Source of the DNA: Spirochaetales bacterium
GTDB lineage: Bacteria; Spirochaetota; Spirochaetia; JABEVK01
Direction of reading: 5' to 3'
NCBI GenBank assembly: GCA_037142615.1
Contig: JBAXAI010000056.1
Coordinates: 1 to 18,664 of the forward strand
Length of the DNA: 18,664 nucleotides
Shown: positions 16,207 to 18,664 of the stretch, piece by piece
Numbering within the stretch: position 1 is the stretch's first letter
Layout: every line of letters begins with the position of its first letter
The notes under the pieces: model-generated
The model's database searches: none
What the model was told of the DNA's origin: nothing
The model's input: only the letters and a program-made list of their open reading frames with translations
Translations under genes and position numbers: made by a program

Positions 16207-17211
16207 GGGTACTCCTTAGGGGGCGAAAGGCTCAGCTCGCGGGCCAGTTCAGCGAGCTCGCGCCAGCTTTTTTCGAGCACCGGCACGCCCCGTCGCGAGC
16301 ACTCGTCCTCCATCTCAAACTCCGGCAAACCGGCGTACAGCACGCGGTCGTTGCCCTCGGCCGGCCGCGAAAAAGTGGCTCACCCGCGCCGAGCTCGTGG
16401 CCGTGTCGCTGATGCCCGGCCCAAACGCCGCTCCGGCCAGCAGGCCGCACAGAATGTCGACCATCAGCGCCAGTCCGTAGCCCTTGTGGCCCGAGTGCTC
16501 GGTACCCGCGCCGCCCAACTGCAAAATCCCTCCGCCAGCCCGACGGAACATGTCGTCGAGCACGCCGCGCGCGTCGGCGGCCACCACGCCGTTCTTGTCG
16601 ACCGCCCAGCCGGGGGGCAGGGGTTTTTCCAGCCGGTCGTACACTTCCAGCTTTCCCCGGGTCACCACCGTCGTCGACATGTCGAGCACAAAGGGCGCCT
16701 CGCGGCCCGCCGGGGCCGCAAACGCCAGCGGGTTGGTGCCGAACATCACCTCGCACCCGCCCGTCGGCACTCCCAGCGCCGCCGTGTTCGTCATCGCGAT
16801 GCCCACGCAGTCGTGTTCGAGTGCCATTTGGGCGTAGAAGCCCGCGATGCCATTGTGGTTGCTGTTGGTCACCGTGGCCATCGCCATTCCCACCTCGGCC
16901 GCCCGCGCCAGCACCGCTCGCATCGCCGTCACGCTCGCCGGTGCCCCCAGGCCTCCGTGCGCGTCGAACACCAGCGCCGTACCCCGGTCGGCGACCAGTT
17001 CCACCCGCGCCTTGGCGTCCATTTGCCCTTCGCGCAGCCCGTTCACGTAGCGCCTCAGGCGGCCCACCCCGTGCGACGCGATTCCCCGTGCATCGGCCGC
17101 CACCAGCACCCGTGAAGCGTCCAGCGCTGCCTCGACCGATACGCCCAAGGCCCCAAACACTGAGCCGCAGAAGGCCTCGAGGTCGCCCCGAACCACCCTG
17201 ACATTGTTCAT
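16203..17211 (-). pseudogene. Ldh_2-family (malate/L-lactate/ureidoglycolate-type) dehydrogenase disrupted by a frameshift with apparent internal deletion at ~16363
   Basis: N-part motifs ADARGIASHGV, DAHGGLG, NSNHNGIAG, FGTNPLAFA, LDMSTT..RGK and HKGYGLALMVDILCG run to SHFFAA. The family-like tail PAEGNDRVLYAGLPEFE...GVPV...WRELAELAREL..EYP* is in another frame (16364-16203), and its TGA overlaps the Gfo ATG. Confidence 0.8.
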
Positions 17212-17298
17212 CCCGCCAAACTCCCGCTCGAACTTCTAGACATGATATCCAATTATCTGGCAAGCTGGACAAAATATCCAGTCCGGAAGGAGCCCCCC

Positions 17299-18243
17299 AT
17301 GCTGCCCAAGGAAATCGTCCGCCGCGCCGTCCACTTCGACTATCCGCCCCGGGTCCCGCTGCTGTACTTCAACGAACACCTCGAGCGCTCCGACGTACGC
17401 TTCACCCAGTACAAAGAGGTCCGCAAGAACGAGTGGGGCTACGAGTGGGAAAAAATCGACAACACCATGGGCCAGCCCAAGCACAGCCCGCTCACCAGTT
17501 GGGACCTCTGGCCCGACTTTCCCATCCCCGACCCCGACGCGCCCGGGCGGTTTGACCATGTGCCCGCCTTCATTGCCGAAAACGCTGACAAGTACCTCAT
17601 GGGCGGCGTGGGCGACGTCACCGGTTTCAACGTCGTCACCTTCATCCGCGGGTTCACCGAGTCGATGGAAGACCTGTACCTGGAACCCGACAGCCTCGAA
17701 GCGCTCATTGACGCCGTGCTGGGCTTTGAAGCAGGACTCATCCGCAACTACGGAAAGTTCGACCTCGATGCCATCCGCTTCGGCGACGACTGGGGCACGC
17801 AGAACGCCCTGTTGATCAACCCCGCGCTGTGGCGCCAGGTCTTCAAACCCCGTTTTCAGGCGCAATTCGACCTCGTGCACAGCCTGGGCATGGACGTGTA
17901 CTGGCACTGTTGCGGGCAAATCCACGACATCCTTCCCGACCTCATCGAAATCGGTGTCGACATCCTCAACCTCAACCAGCCCGATTTGTTCGGCGTCGAG
18001 CAGTTGGGCGCCGAGTTCGCCGGCCAGGTGTGCTTCAACTGCCCCGTTGACCACCAGACCGTCGCCATTGGCGGCAACCCCGATGACATTCACCGCTACG
18101 TCGAACGCCTGAACCGTTCGCTGGCCACGCCCGCCGGCGGCTTCATCGGCTACCTCGAGGAATATTCCAGCGTCGGCATGCCCGCCGAAAACTGGCAAGC
18201 CATCCAGGACGCGTTCGAAACCTTGGCCGGAACCAACAAGTAA
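17299..18243 (+). CDS. Uroporphyrinogen decarboxylase (URO-D/MtaA-like) family protein, 314 aa
   Basis: RBS AAGGAG before ATG 17299. Motifs NEWGYEW, FIRGFTESMEDLY, FGDDWGTQNALLINPALWRQVFKP, WHCCGQIHDILPDLIEIGVDILN and GGFI. Confidence 0.85.
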   Translation: MLPKEIVRRAVHFDYPPRVPLLYFNEHLERSDVRFTQYKEVRKNEWGYEWEKIDNTMGQPKHSPLTSWDLWPDFPIPDPDAPGRFDHVPAFIAENADKYLMGGVGDVTGFNVVTFIRGFTESMEDLYLEPDSLEALIDAVLGFEAGLIRNYGKFDLDAIRFGDDWGTQNALLINPALWRQVFKPRFQAQFDLVHSLGMDVYWHCCGQIHDILPDLIEIGVDILNLNQPDLFGVEQLGAEFAGQVCFNCPVDHQTVAIGGNPDDIHRYVERLNRSLATPAGGFIGYLEEYSSVGMPAENWQAIQDAFETLAGTNK

Positions 18244-18246
18244 AGC

Positions 18247-18268
18247 TGCCTCGCGAGGCACCTCTTTT
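18247..18268 (+). terminator. Possible intrinsic terminator after the URO-D gene
   Basis: Perfect 14-bp palindrome TGCCTCGCGAGGCA (18247-18260) followed by CCTCTTTT; the U-tract is weak. Confidence 0.4.
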
Positions 18269-18270
18269 GG

Positions 18271-18417
18271 GCAAACCCGGCCCGCTTTACGGGCCGGGCC
18301 GGGCTATCCGGGGCTTCGGGCGCACCTCCGGCTGCTACGCGGTGCGCAGCCGGCGCCCTACGGTCGTGGCCGGGCGTTCGCCCCGCCACGACGTCCCCCT
18401 CCTATCCCTTTTGCAAA
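18271..18417. repeat. Multi-hairpin REP-like or structured intergenic element
   Basis: Stems CCCGGCCCG/CGGGCCGGG (18276-18298), GGGCG..CCGGCTGC/GCAGCCGG-CGCCC (18318-18358) and GTCGTGGC..GCCACGAC (18363-18392), flanked by GCAAA...TTTGC. Confidence 0.6.
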
Positions 18418-18424
18418 CCGAGCT

Positions 18425-18658
18425 CTACCGGTCAATAAGATCCGGCGGAACGTCAGGAACCTTTGCCATTACCCGTTTGGCCGCTTCGCGATTTCCCAAC
18501 TTTGCCCTTTCTTGAAGATACTCCTCAGTTTCCAATGCAGTGATCTTCTCCGTAACCGCAGAAGCGATAAACTGATTGATCGAGATGTTATCATTCCTAG
18601 AAAACCTCTTGATCATCTCATGAAGCGAATCGGGTAACCGAACACTCAAGGTACTCAT
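18425..18658 (-). CDS. Ribbon-helix-helix (HicB-family/CopG-like) antitoxin, 77 aa
   Basis: MSTLSVRLPDSLHEMIKRFSRNDNISINQFIASAVTEKITAL is an RHH pattern, with a C-terminal KVPDVPP motif typical of this small antitoxin family. AT-richer than the rest of the window. Confidence 0.8.
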   Translation of the reverse strand: MSTLSVRLPDSLHEMIKRFSRNDNISINQFIASAVTEKITALETEEYLQERAKLGNREAAKRVMAKVPDVPPDLIDR

Positions 18659-18664
18659 AGCTTT

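Noticed and set aside
15277-17115. 612-aa + strand ORF
   Set aside because: Antisense to the Gfo and Ldh_2 genes, with no recognisable domain.
16232-17272. 346-aa - strand ORF as the full-length Ldh_2 protein
   Set aside because: Wrong frame (Gly/Arg-rich); Ldh_2 motifs lie in the other two - strand frames.
18271-18417. tRNA or integron attC site
   Set aside because: No T-loop, D-loop or CCA features, the stems are too long for a tRNA, and there are no clear RYYYAAC/GTTRRRY ends.
18267-18515. 82-aa and 79-aa ORFs over the hairpin region
   Set aside because: No RBS or protein-like composition; they overlap the structured element and flanking genes.

Overview
GC-rich bacterial window; the lineage cannot be fixed from sequence alone, but the envelope proteins suggest a diderm. 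It has four blocks. (1) A translationally coupled + strand carbohydrate operon: 5'-truncated GH3 glycosidase, Glu/Leu/Phe/Val dehydrogenase, (alpha/alpha)6-barrel glycoside hydrolase, and a long class I mannose-6-phosphate-isomerase-like protein. (2) A four-gene + strand module: exported beta-rich protein, ECF sigma factor, single-pass anti-sigma-like protein, and an exported caspase-family (C14) protease with ~15-aa repeats and an outer-membrane-type C-terminus. A shared R-x-[KR]-G motif occurs in both the protease and the anti-sigma candidate. This is the best candidate for a poorly described system: caspase-triggered trans-envelope signalling. (3) A - strand hexuronate operon (LacI, uxuB-like SDR, uxaE, uxaC) with a clear sigma70 promoter and palindromic operator, preceded by a Gfo/Idh/MocA oxidoreductase and an Ldh_2-family gene broken by an apparent internal deletion and frameshift. 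(4) A divergent URO-D-family gene, a multi-hairpin REP-like or structured element, and an AT-richer ribbon-helix-helix antitoxin gene at the right edge.
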